A stretch of DNA of 32,000 nt from contig NZ_CP032551.1 of assembly GCF_009734345.1 (NCBI RefSeq), positions 2,100,001-2,132,000 of the forward strand, in the 5' to 3' direction. Of the stretch, positions 9,574 through 18,345 are shown one piece after another. How positions within the stretch are numbered: position 1 is the first letter of the stretch; every line of letters starts with the position of its first letter. The position numbers were made by a program, and so were the translations under genes. This stretch comes from Pseudidiomarina andamanensis (GTDB taxonomy: Bacteria > Pseudomonadota > Gammaproteobacteria > Enterobacterales > Alteromonadaceae). The notes beneath the pieces are model-generated. The model searched no databases. It was not told the DNA's origin and worked only from the letters and a program-made list of their open reading frames with translations.

Positions 9574-11459
9574 TAATCGTGTGCCTCTTGTAGTGCTTCT
9601 TCAGCCGCCATCCACTCTTCTTCCGCTTCGGCTAGTTTGGCTTGGGCTTGCGCTTGTTGTTTAAGAATATCCGCAAGTTCAGTTTTCCGGTCAGCCTCAT
9701 AAAGAGAGGTATCTGCTAATAATTCATTGCATTCCGCCAGTGCCTGTTCAGCCTGATAGAGCGCCTTTTCAGCCTTGCTGACACGGTCTTTGAGCGGCTT
9801 CAATGCTTGCCGACGCTCAGCCGCTTGGCGTTTTTCGGCTTTTTTATCAGCTTTTCCGCTATTGGAGTTCGTCGTAGTTTGCGAGCTTTGAGCCTGCTGC
9901 TTAAGCCAATCATGATAAGCATCCAAATCACCAGCGAAAGGCTCGACTTGCTGATGAGCAACCAAGTAAAACTCATCAACCGTGGTGCGCAATAAGTGGC
10001 GGTCGTGCGACACAATGACCATGGCGCCGGTAAAGTCTTGCAGCGCATAAACGAGCGCCTCACGCATGCTGCTATCAAGATGGTTCGTTGGTTCATCGAG
10101 AAGCAACATGTTTGGTTTTTGATAAACAATGAGCGCTAGAACTAAGCGCGCTTTCTCACCCCCCGACATTGGCCCAACAAGGCTAGTGGCAGCATCACCA
10201 GAAAAACCAAAACCACCCACGAAGTCGCGCAGCTGTTGTTCCGTGGCAAATTTATCAAGTCGCTGCAGGTGTTGCAGAGGTGTTGCTTGCGCATCTAACG
10301 TTTCCAATTGATGCTGGGCGAAATAACCAAGTTTAACGCCTGGATTCAAAGCCACCACGCCCGCTTGTGCTATTAGCTCACCTGCCAGTAACTTCACGAG
10401 AGTTGATTTACCAGCGCCGTTACGACCAAGCAGACCAATGCGGCTGCCTGGCACAAGGTTAAATTGAATATTCTTCAAAATGACCGTGTCGCCATATCCT
10501 GCCTGCACTTTTTCAAGCGTTAACAGTGGGTTCGGTAATTGCTCTGGTTCTTTAAATGCAAATTGAAAACCGCTCGCAGCGCGTAGCGGTGCACTTGCTT
10601 GCAAACGCTCTAACGCTTTAATGCGGCTTTGTGCTTGTTTCGCCTTGCTCGCCTTGTAACGAAACCGATCAATGTAGCTCTGCAAATGCTTGCGTTGTGC
10701 TTGTTCTTTTTCAAATTGCGCTTGTTGTTGTGCGAGTTGTTCCGCTTGCTGCCTTTCAAAACTGCTGTAATTACCACTGAAGCTGGTTGCGCGTTGATGT
10801 TCAATCAACACAATTTGTTGCGCAATAGCATCGAGGAAATCACGGTCGTGTGAAATCACAATTAAAGTGCCGGGGAAGCGTTGTAGCCAGTCCTCGAGCC
10901 AGAAAATAGCATCAACGTCTAAATGGTTGGTGGGTTCATCAAGGAGCAACAAATCGGCACGCGCAATCAACGCTTGTGCCAAGTTAAGGCGCATTCGCCA
11001 GCCACCTGAGAATGATTTTACCGCTGCATATATTTGCTCAGGCTCAAAACCTAAACCCGCTAAGAGAGAGGCTGCACGCGCTGGTGCTTCGTATCCACCA
11101 ATGGTGGCAATGGCATCGTGTAAGTGGCCTATGGCGTTGCCGTCATGTTTGGCTTCGGCATCAGCCAGTTGTTTTTCTAAGTCGCGGAGCTCCTTATCAC
11201 CATCGAGTACGTATTCTATAGCAGCCTGCTCAAGCGCAGGTGTTTCTTGCTTCACGCTGGCAATACGCCAGCCGCTTGGCAAGTCGCAAGAGCCTTGTTC
11301 AACACTCAGTTCGCCGCGCAGCAATGCAAAAAGAGATGACTTACCGGTGCCGTTGCGCCCCACGAGGCCGACGTGATGACCAGGGAAAATAGTTATGTTC
11401 GCATCTTCGAGCAATAACTTGCCGCCGCGCATTAACGACATCGCGCGAATGTTTATCAT
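9573..11459 (-). CDS. yheS: ABC-F family ATPase YheS (ribosome-associated, no transmembrane domain)
   Basis: 628 aa with two ABC cassettes (GRNGTGKS / LSGGWRMRL / [11 protein letters not shown] and GRNGAGKS / MSGGEKARL / [11 protein letters not shown]), a Q-rich linker and a C-terminal coiled coil. Confidence 0.92.
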   Translation of the reverse strand: MINIRAMSLMRGGKLLLEDANITIFPGHHVGLVGRNGTGKSSLFALLRGELSVEQGSCDLPSGWRIASVKQETPALEQAAIEYVLDGDKELRDLEKQLADAEAKHDGNAIGHLHDAIATIGGYEAPARAASLLAGLGFEPEQIYAAVKSFSGGWRMRLNLAQALIARADLLLLDEPTNHLDVDAIFWLEDWLQRFPGTLIVISHDRDFLDAIAQQIVLIEHQRATSFSGNYSSFERQQAEQLAQQQAQFEKEQAQRKHLQSYIDRFRYKASKAKQAQSRIKALERLQASAPLRAASGFQFAFKEPEQLPNPLLTLEKVQAGYGDTVILKNIQFNLVPGSRIGLLGRNGAGKSTLVKLLAGELIAQAGVVALNPGVKLGYFAQHQLETLDAQATPLQHLQRLDKFATEQQLRDFVGGFGFSGDAATSLVGPMSGGEKARLVLALIVYQKPNMLLLDEPTNHLDSSMREALVYALQDFTGAMVIVSHDRHLLRTTVDEFYLVAHQQVEPFAGDLDAYHDWLKQQAQSSQTTTNSNSGKADKKAEKRQAAERRQALKPLKDRVSKAEKALYQAEQALAECNELLADTSLYEADRKTELADILKQQAQAQAKLAEAEEEWMAAEEALQEAHD

Positions 11460-11527
11460 GAATCGTCCTAACTTGGTGTTCCACTCAGTTTCTGCGACAA
11501 TTATACCTGATAGCCACAGAGGTGAAT

Positions 11528-11770
11528 ATGACTCAAACTCGTAAACGTTTTATTGCTGGTGCGGAATGTCCTGCATGCCATGCGCAAGATACACTCATGC
11601 TCACCATCAAAGGTGAACAGGAAGAAGTGAGCTGTGTTCAGTGCGGTCATACATTCTCAGAGCGCGGAGCGAAGCCGCCTGCAGAAGAACAAGCAGTCGC
11701 GATTAAGCCCACCAGTACCGGCAAGAGTGTTCAATCGGACAGTATTATCGGTATCTTCAAGCCCGAATAA
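11528..11770 (+). CDS. yheV: YheV family putative zinc-ribbon protein
   Basis: RKRFIAGAECPACHAQD...CVQCGH...IIGIFKPE matches recalled E. coli YheV. The ATG at 11528 has a GAGGTG Shine-Dalgarno sequence 4 nt upstream; the ORF track starts at the GTG at 11522. Confidence 0.85.
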   Translation: MTQTRKRFIAGAECPACHAQDTLMLTIKGEQEEVSCVQCGHTFSERGAKPPAEEQAVAIKPTSTGKSVQSDSIIGIFKPE

Positions 11771-11838
11771 GTAGCCGTTGCAGACCTTTTGATTACCCGC
11801 TACTGTAATGTTTCTTACGTTCACAAAAAGGTAGGGTC

Positions 11839-12249
11839 ATGAGTCATCTCGTTTATGCTGGGGTTTGGGTTATTTTAGCTACTGTGATGGTGCAATGGTT
11901 CATCGCAAGTGGCAGTAAAGCGAAGCAACCCGGTGCCATTCCGGGCAAAATCAACGAAAGTTTAAGCCATCAATCATTCGTGTTCCGCGCCCATCGAACC
12001 TTTCAAAATAGCATTGAAAATGTTCCATTTTTTCTTGCAGCCGTTTTCTTAGCCATTTTTGCAGGTGTTGATTCGCAATGGTTCGCGATATCAGTTTGGG
12101 CGTTTGCCTTTGCTCGTATCGTTCACATGTTGCTGTATTACGGCATTGCAACCGAGCGCAATCCGAGTCCACGCAGTTACTTCTTTATGATTGGTATCAT
12201 CGCCAATATTGTGGTGTTGATTCAAATTGCCCTCAAGTTGCTGCAATAA
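11839..12249 (+). CDS. MAPEG family membrane protein
   Basis: 136 aa with about four hydrophobic helices and the MAPEG-like RAHRTFQNSIENVPFF motif. Confidence 0.75.
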   Translation: MSHLVYAGVWVILATVMVQWFIASGSKAKQPGAIPGKINESLSHQSFVFRAHRTFQNSIENVPFFLAAVFLAIFAGVDSQWFAISVWAFAFARIVHMLLYYGIATERNPSPRSYFFMIGIIANIVVLIQIALKLLQ

Positions 12250-12301
12250 GATACTTTGCAGAAGGTAACTTGCCAAAAAATAAGATAGAAAAGGTTAAAC
12301 A

Positions 12302-13222
12302 ATGACAGAACAGCAGTATCCAATTGGCACTCCAGGGCAACCTTGGGGTGTTGAAGAAAAACAACAGTGGCTTAAACAACAATCTGTAAAACGTTCATAT
12401 TTTGATGATGTTGTCACCCAGATTAATCAGTTGCATGACCAATTTGATGTCGAGCAATATGGCGCGCTCGAATATACTAACAATACGTTTCCGTTATTTT
12501 TGCTGAAAACCCGCCAGTGGGATTCCGCCAAACCAAATGTTCTGGTTACCGGTGGTGTGCATGGCTATGAAACATCTGGCGTTCATGGCGCCTTAGCATT
12601 TGCAAAGCAGCACGCCGAGCAGTACAGCCAATGGTTCAATATTCTCATAGCGCCATGCATTAGTCCGTGGGGCTACGAAACCATTAATCGCTGGAATCCG
12701 TTTGCGATTGATCCGAATCGTTCATTCAAAGAGAACAGCCCAGCCGGTGAGTGTGCGGCAATTATGGACTACATCGCGAGTCATCAACTTGATTTCGTGA
12801 TGCATATCGACTTGCACGAAACCACCGACACAGACAATTCAGAATTCCGTCCTGCACTCGCGGCTCGCGATGGGAAGGTGAATACCAATTGGAACATCCC
12901 AGATGGTTTCTATACTGTTGGCAACTCTGAGAAGCCAACACCAGATTTCCAAAAGGCGATTATTGATTCGGTGCGGCAAGTTACTCACATTGCTCCTGCC
13001 GATGACGAAGGCAAAATCATTGGAGCCCCGGTTGAGCAGGAGGGTGTCATTCACTATGCCGGGAAAGAACTTGGTTTGTGCATGGGCTTAACGGATGCGC
13101 CGTACGTGAGCACCACCGAGGTCTATCCGGACAGCGCCAATGCATCACCCGAAGAATGTATTGAAGCGCAAGTAGCTGCCGTGAAAGGCGCCTTGGAGTA
13201 TATGCGTCAGGCGGTTATATGA
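12302..13222 (+). CDS. Cytosolic M14-type zinc carboxypeptidase-like / AstE-AspA superfamily protein
   Basis: 306 aa with no signal peptide. GGVHGYETSG (HxxE zinc motif) and HIDLHETTD resemble the M14 / succinylglutamate desuccinylase fold. The exact family is not resolved. Confidence 0.7.
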   Translation: MTEQQYPIGTPGQPWGVEEKQQWLKQQSVKRSYFDDVVTQINQLHDQFDVEQYGALEYTNNTFPLFLLKTRQWDSAKPNVLVTGGVHGYETSGVHGALAFAKQHAEQYSQWFNILIAPCISPWGYETINRWNPFAIDPNRSFKENSPAGECAAIMDYIASHQLDFVMHIDLHETTDTDNSEFRPALAARDGKVNTNWNIPDGFYTVGNSEKPTPDFQKAIIDSVRQVTHIAPADDEGKIIGAPVEQEGVIHYAGKELGLCMGLTDAPYVSTTEVYPDSANASPEECIEAQVAAVKGALEYMRQAVI

Positions 13223-13629
13223 AGCCTCGAATCTCCTTTATTACCTTAACGGTGGATAACTTGGAGAAAGCCGTCGCGTTTTATCGCGACGGCTTAGGTT
13301 GGCCAACTGACGGCATTATTGGCGAGCAATATGAGAATGGTGCCGCTGCTTTTTTTAAGCTTGAAAATAATCTGATGTTTGCTTTGTGGCCACGGCAAAG
13401 TTTGGCAAATGACAGTGGCTTGCCTCTTGGTAACGCCCAGCCAACGCATGTTTTATTGGCGCATAATGTTGATTCCGAAGAAGCCGTTGATGCTATTTTG
13501 GATGAGGCATCGAAAGCGGGTGCTGCTTGGGTGAAACCAGCAAAAACCACCTCGTGGGGTGGCTATGCCGGCTATTTTATGGACCCTGAAAAACATTTAT
13601 GGGAAGTGGTATACAATCCGCATTTATGA
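13219..13629 (+). CDS. VOC (glyoxalase/bleomycin-resistance/dioxygenase) family protein
   Basis: 136 aa. ISFITLTVDNLEKAVAFYRDGLGW and the C-terminal GYFMDPEKHLWEV are typical VOC-fold strands. Its start overlaps the upstream stop as ATGA. Confidence 0.8.
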   Translation: MKPRISFITLTVDNLEKAVAFYRDGLGWPTDGIIGEQYENGAAAFFKLENNLMFALWPRQSLANDSGLPLGNAQPTHVLLAHNVDSEEAVDAILDEASKAGAAWVKPAKTTSWGGYAGYFMDPEKHLWEVVYNPHL

Positions 13630-14186
13630 CAACTGACTCAATACCGCAAATCACTGCGCAAACTAAAGCTTGGGTAGACCAAGTGATTGTTCAATTTAAT
13701 TTATGCCCGTTTGCGCGTCGTGAAGTTGAACAACAAACCATTCACTATCAGGTAGAGACGAGCGCCGATATTGCGGAACAGCTCCAAACATTACTCAAAT
13801 TAATACAGCAACTCGATGCGCAGTCGGATATTGCGACGGCGCTTCTGATTCTGCCAAACGGGGTGAGCGATTTTGATGACTATCTTGATTTAGTCGACTA
13901 TGCAGAGCGTTTACTCGAGCTCGAAGGGTACGACGGGGTCTATCAACTTGCCACGTTTCACCCCGAATATCAGTTTGCGGATAGCGATGCTGACGATGCT
14001 GCAAACTATACTAATCGTGCACCATACCCAATGTTACATGTGCTTCGCGAAGATAGTGTTGCCAATGCACTGGCTAGCTACACGAAGCCAGAGCGAATCC
14101 CCGAACGAAATATTGATTTTGCCAGACAAAAAGGCTCTGATTTCTTTGCTAAAATTCTAGAAGATATCGCTAACATAAAGAATTAA
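13626..14186 (+). CDS. DUF1415 family protein
   Basis: NLCPFARREVE, FHPEYQF and TNRAPYPMLHVLRE fit my recollection of DUF1415. I chose the ATG at 13626 because it overlaps the VOC stop as ATGA. The ORF-track start at 13599 would lie inside the VOC gene. Confidence 0.7.
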   Translation: MTTDSIPQITAQTKAWVDQVIVQFNLCPFARREVEQQTIHYQVETSADIAEQLQTLLKLIQQLDAQSDIATALLILPNGVSDFDDYLDLVDYAERLLELEGYDGVYQLATFHPEYQFADSDADDAANYTNRAPYPMLHVLREDSVANALASYTKPERIPERNIDFARQKGSDFFAKILEDIANIKN

Positions 14187-14210
14187 CACCACACCAATAA
14201 TGGAGGACTT

Positions 14211-16904
14211 ATGCAAGCAAGCTGGCATGCAATGCCATCTGCAGCTGTTCTCCAACATTTCCAGTCCAGCACTATTGGCTTAACGAGTGATGAAGCTGAA
14301 AAGCGGCTTCATGAGTTGGGTTCGAATACACTCCCCGCGGTTAAGACAGAGTCAGCATGGAAGCGCTTTATCCGGCAGTTTCATAATGTGCTTATCTACG
14401 TTCTTTTAGCGGCAACAGGCATCACATTATTTCTACAGCATTTTGTCGACGCCGCGGTGATATTTGCTGTCGTTATTATCAATGCGGTTATTGGTTTTTA
14501 CCAAGAAGGCAAGGCGGAATCGGCACTTGCCGGATTGCGCCATATGTTGGCGCCAACCGCTTTAGTCGTGCGTGACGGTAAACGACAGCAGCTTCCAGCT
14601 GAACAGTTGGTTGTCGGAGATGTCGTGATATTAGAGGCAGGCGCGCGCGTTCCGGCGGATCTCCGTCTACTAGAAACCTTTAGCCTTCAGGTGCAAGAGG
14701 CGGTGCTGACTGGTGAATCGCACGCGGTGACCAAACAGACCGAAGATCTTGGCGAACAAACAGCGTTGGGTAGTCGTTCAAATATGGCTTACCTCGGCAC
14801 TTGGGTAACCACTGGGCATGCACAAGGCGTGGTGGTTGCGACAGGTTCCAGTACCGAGTTTGGTCGTATTGGTGTGATGTTGACAGAAGTATCGAAATTA
14901 ACGACACCGCTGGTTGAGCAAACCGCACGTTTTTCGAAATGGCTGACGTTTCTAATTCTTTTCGTTGCTGGCGCTCTGCTTGCTTATGCAAGTTGGTTGC
15001 AACTCAAGCCATTTGCTGAGCTGTTTATGATTATGGTGAGTATCGCCGTTGCCGCTATTCCAGAAGGTTTGCCAGCGGTGATGACCATTACTCTTGCGGT
15101 TGGTGTGCAGGCGATGGCACGACGCCATGCCATTGTGCGCCACCTGCCAAGTATCGAAACACTCGGTGCAGTCTCAGTGATCTGTACCGATAAAACGGGA
15201 ACGTTAACGCGAAACGAAATGATGGTCGCAGCGCTCACGTTGAGCGATGCTCAGTTTAATATAACCGGCGATGGTTATGCGCCGAGTGGCGAAGTGATCA
15301 ATGCGACGGTTGACACTGCTTTGGTCAGCGATGAGCCGCGTTTGCGTGATATCGGGCGTATAGCACTGCTATGTAACGATGCACAGTTACATGAATCGGC
15401 AGACGGCTGGCAAGTTATGGGTGATCCGATGGAAGGCGCGCTACTAGCTTTTGTAGCAAAGCTCGGCATTTCGGTTGAGCACGACCGGCGGCAATGGCAT
15501 CGCCATGATGAAATTCCCTTTGATGCCGAAACACGCTACATGGCGACGTTAGATCATGATCACCGAGGGCATGCTTTTGTCAGTGTAAAAGGTGCGCCTG
15601 AGCAAATCCTAACGATGTGTTCTTGGCAATATGCGGCGGGACGGCAGATTACCGAACTTAATCGTGACTATTGGTTGGTCGAAGCAAAACAGCTTGCCGC
15701 ACAAGGATTACGCGTGTTGGCATTGGCGCAACGCCAAGTGGCGGATACTGACGTCGTGCTTGAGCAATCAGAGTTGAGCAAAGACCTTGTTCTGGTTGGT
15801 TTGGTTGGGCTCATTGATCCGCCACGTGCGGAAACAATCGAAGCGATACAACAGTGTCGCCAAGCTGGTATTAGTGTGAAGATGATTACTGGCGACCATC
15901 CCGGAACTGCGACAGCGATTGCACATCAAGTTGGCATTAAAAATGCGGATAGGGTACTGACCGGTAGCGAGCTTGATAATTTATCTGATGAGCAATTCAA
16001 CGACACCGTAAACGAAGTGCATGTGTTCGCCCGTACCAGCCCTGCGCATAAATTGCGATTAGTTCAGGCGTTACAAGCACAGCAGCAAGTGGTGGCGATG
16101 ACCGGCGATGGCGTCAATGATGCGCCGGCTCTAAAACGCGCCGATGTTGGCATCGTCATGGGTATTCGCGGTAGTGAAGCGACCAAGCAAGCAGCAGATG
16201 TGGTGCTCACTGACGATAACTTTGCCTCCATCGTTGCTGCGGTACAGCAAGGTCGTACGGTTTACGATAACCTGAAAAAAGTTATCAGTTGGGATATTCC
16301 CACCAGTGTTGGTGAATCCATGGTAATTATTCTCGCCTTGCTATTGGGGCTTGCTCTACCCATTACACCGGTTCAGTTGTTGTGGGTGAATTTGGTGACC
16401 GCCATTACCCTAGGCTTAACCTTGGCGTTCGAACCGACGGAGCCGAATAGTATGAAACGACCGCCGCGACACCGTTCAGAGCCATTGTTGCGAGGTACTT
16501 TAGTTTGGCATGTTGTTTTTGTATCGATGCTGTTTGTCGCGGCGCTTTATGGTGTGTTTCAATATACCCTCAATCAGGGGCAGAGTATTGAAGTGGCGCG
16601 CAGCATGGCACTGAATACAGCGGTTGTGCTCGAAATCTTTCATCTATTCTTTATTCGCAATATTTATGGTGCTTCGCTGACATGGCGGACGCTTCGGGGC
16701 ACTCGCCCGTTGTGGATAGCGGTAATTTTAATTGTCATGGCGCAAGCACTGGTCACTTATGTTCAACCGCTACAACAGCTCTTTGGTATCGCTGCGCTTG
16801 ACTGGCACGAGGTGTTAATCGTGCTGCTGATTGGGGTGGCGCTATTGGTAACCGTTGAATTTGAGAAGCAATTACGAATCCGGTTTTTTAATTGGCGATT
16901 GTAA
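14211..16904 (+). CDS. P2-type (E1-E2) cation-transporting ATPase, ion specificity uncertain
   Basis: 897 aa with TGES, IPEGLP (TM4), DKTGTLT, KGAPE, TGD and GDGVNDAPALKRADVG motifs and a Cation_ATPase_N-like N-terminus. GGAGGA Shine-Dalgarno sequence upstream. Confidence 0.92.
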   Translation: MQASWHAMPSAAVLQHFQSSTIGLTSDEAEKRLHELGSNTLPAVKTESAWKRFIRQFHNVLIYVLLAATGITLFLQHFVDAAVIFAVVIINAVIGFYQEGKAESALAGLRHMLAPTALVVRDGKRQQLPAEQLVVGDVVILEAGARVPADLRLLETFSLQVQEAVLTGESHAVTKQTEDLGEQTALGSRSNMAYLGTWVTTGHAQGVVVATGSSTEFGRIGVMLTEVSKLTTPLVEQTARFSKWLTFLILFVAGALLAYASWLQLKPFAELFMIMVSIAVAAIPEGLPAVMTITLAVGVQAMARRHAIVRHLPSIETLGAVSVICTDKTGTLTRNEMMVAALTLSDAQFNITGDGYAPSGEVINATVDTALVSDEPRLRDIGRIALLCNDAQLHESADGWQVMGDPMEGALLAFVAKLGISVEHDRRQWHRHDEIPFDAETRYMATLDHDHRGHAFVSVKGAPEQILTMCSWQYAAGRQITELNRDYWLVEAKQLAAQGLRVLALAQRQVADTDVVLEQSELSKDLVLVGLVGLIDPPRAETIEAIQQCRQAGISVKMITGDHPGTATAIAHQVGIKNADRVLTGSELDNLSDEQFNDTVNEVHVFARTSPAHKLRLVQALQAQQQVVAMTGDGVNDAPALKRADVGIVMGIRGSEATKQAADVVLTDDNFASIVAAVQQGRTVYDNLKKVISWDIPTSVGESMVIILALLLGLALPITPVQLLWVNLVTAITLGLTLAFEPTEPNSMKRPPRHRSEPLLRGTLVWHVVFVSMLFVAALYGVFQYTLNQGQSIEVARSMALNTAVVLEIFHLFFIRNIYGASLTWRTLRGTRPLWIAVILIVMAQALVTYVQPLQQLFGIAALDWHEVLIVLLIGVALLVTVEFEKQLRIRFFNWRL

Positions 16905-17003
16905 CCCTTTACCTAATCCTTTCATTTTTCACATTGTTCAGGTGGGCGCTGCTCGCTACTATGCAACCGTTAATTAAACGGTACGCGAGTGGGGAGCGCA
17001 GCC

Positions 17004-17192
17004 ATGTATAAATTCTTATTGGGTCTAATCATGAGCACCATGGTGATTTTGGTTGCTTGTAGTCCACAAGAGCAAGAAACCTTTGTGAAAAGTTCGAGTG
17101 TTAAAGAGCCTAATACTTCAGTGGCTAAGCGTCACGCGGGAGCCCCTTCTCAACAGCGCGTACAAGTCGAACTACCTGTTTTTCAACTTTAA
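17004..17192 (+). CDS. Hypothetical small lipoprotein (62 aa)
   Basis: MYKFLLGLIMSTMVILVAC has a signal peptide with an L-V-A-C lipobox, and a GGGGAG Shine-Dalgarno sequence lies 7 nt upstream of the ATG. No homolog recognised. The last 68 nt overlap the queG 3' end on the opposite strand, which lowers confidence. Confidence 0.4.
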   Translation: MYKFLLGLIMSTMVILVACSPQEQETFVKSSSVKEPNTSVAKRHAGAPSQQRVQVELPVFQL

Positions 17193-18240
17193 CGGCACCA
17201 CTGCGTTGTCGATCAAGCGCCCAATCAATGTGTTCGGCAACCATGCTAGATACATCGGGACGGCGTGTTTCTAGCGCTCTAATAATATCCGTATCCGTTG
17301 GTGCATTCCCCATGGCCACCGCCAAATTGCGTAACCAACAGTCATAGCCAATACGACGAATCGGTGAGCCTTCGGTACGCTTCAAGAACGTTTCTTCATC
17401 CCACTGCCATAATTCAAGTAACTCTGGTGCATGCAGTTCTTGGCGGGGTGAAAAATCGCCCTCATCGGTTAATTGAGCGTAACGATTCCACGGGCAAATC
17501 AATTGACAATCATCGCAGCCATAGATTCGATTCCCCATCAATGGGCGATACTCTTCTGGGATGCTGTCGCGTAACTCGATGGTTAAGTAAGAAATACAGC
17601 GGCGAGCGTCGAGTTTATATGGCGCCACAATCGCTTGCGTGGGACAAATAGTAATGCAGGCGCTGCATGTTCCGCACTTTTCCTCAACTTCGTTGTCGGT
17701 AGGCAGTGGTAAATTAACAAGAAGTTCGCCCAAGAAAAACCATGAGCCGCTGCCTTCATCAAGCACTAAGGTGTGTTTTCCACGCCAACCTAGGCCGGCT
17801 TTTATCGCCAACGGCTTTTCCATAATCGGCGCGGAATCGACGAAAGGTCGAAAATCTAGGTCTGCGCAGGCTTCTTGGATTTTTTCGCCGAGTTGTTTTA
17901 AGCGTTTTCGCATGAGTTTGTGATAGTCGCGGCCTAATGCATAGCGACTGATATACCCGAGGCGAGGATTTTTTAACGTTTTGGCGAAGCCAGCTTCAGC
18001 TGGCAGGTAGTTCATGCGCACAGAAATAGCGCGCACGGCACCTTCGTGAAGTTGATCAGGGCGGGTGCGCAAGTCTTCGTGACGGGCCATCCACTCCATA
18101 TCGCCGTGCATGCCTTGCTCTAGCCAGCGGCGTAAATGCTCGCGTTCAGTGCTGAGGTCGACATCGGTAATACCAACCTTTTGGAACCCCAGTTCGGCGC
18201 CCCAGCGTTTAATATCTTCGGCCAGTTGGTGATAATCCAT
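17125..18240 (-). CDS. queG: Epoxyqueuosine reductase QueG
   Basis: Fe-S cluster motifs (CGTCSACITICP, CDDCQLICPWN), N-terminus MDYHQLAEDIKRWGAELGFQKVGITD and C-terminus EKGLPRDA as in recalled E. coli QueG/YjeS. I chose the ATG at 18240; the ORF-track start at 18288 adds 16 non-homologous residues. Confidence 0.9.
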   Translation of the reverse strand: MDYHQLAEDIKRWGAELGFQKVGITDVDLSTEREHLRRWLEQGMHGDMEWMARHEDLRTRPDQLHEGAVRAISVRMNYLPAEAGFAKTLKNPRLGYISRYALGRDYHKLMRKRLKQLGEKIQEACADLDFRPFVDSAPIMEKPLAIKAGLGWRGKHTLVLDEGSGSWFFLGELLVNLPLPTDNEVEEKCGTCSACITICPTQAIVAPYKLDARRCISYLTIELRDSIPEEYRPLMGNRIYGCDDCQLICPWNRYAQLTDEGDFSPRQELHAPELLELWQWDEETFLKRTEGSPIRRIGYDCWLRNLAVAMGNAPTDTDIIRALETRRPDVSSMVAEHIDWALDRQRSGAVKVEKQVVRLVRAVEKGLPRDA

Positions 18241-18345
18241 AGAATTCGATTTATCCTCTACACTATTAGCACAAGTAACGTAGCACACGTAAATAGTCAG
18301 CGTGATTTGGCGCTAACATAGCAAAAACAGCCAAGGGATGCACCG

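Noticed and set aside
10867-11376. 169-aa plus-strand ORF antisense to yheS, along with similar antisense ORFs such as 27216-27545, 8202-8555 and 4771-5109.
   Set aside because: Each lies entirely within a well-supported conserved gene on the other strand. The products are low-complexity and Ser/Arg/Cys-rich, with no recognisable motifs. These are typical shadow ORFs.
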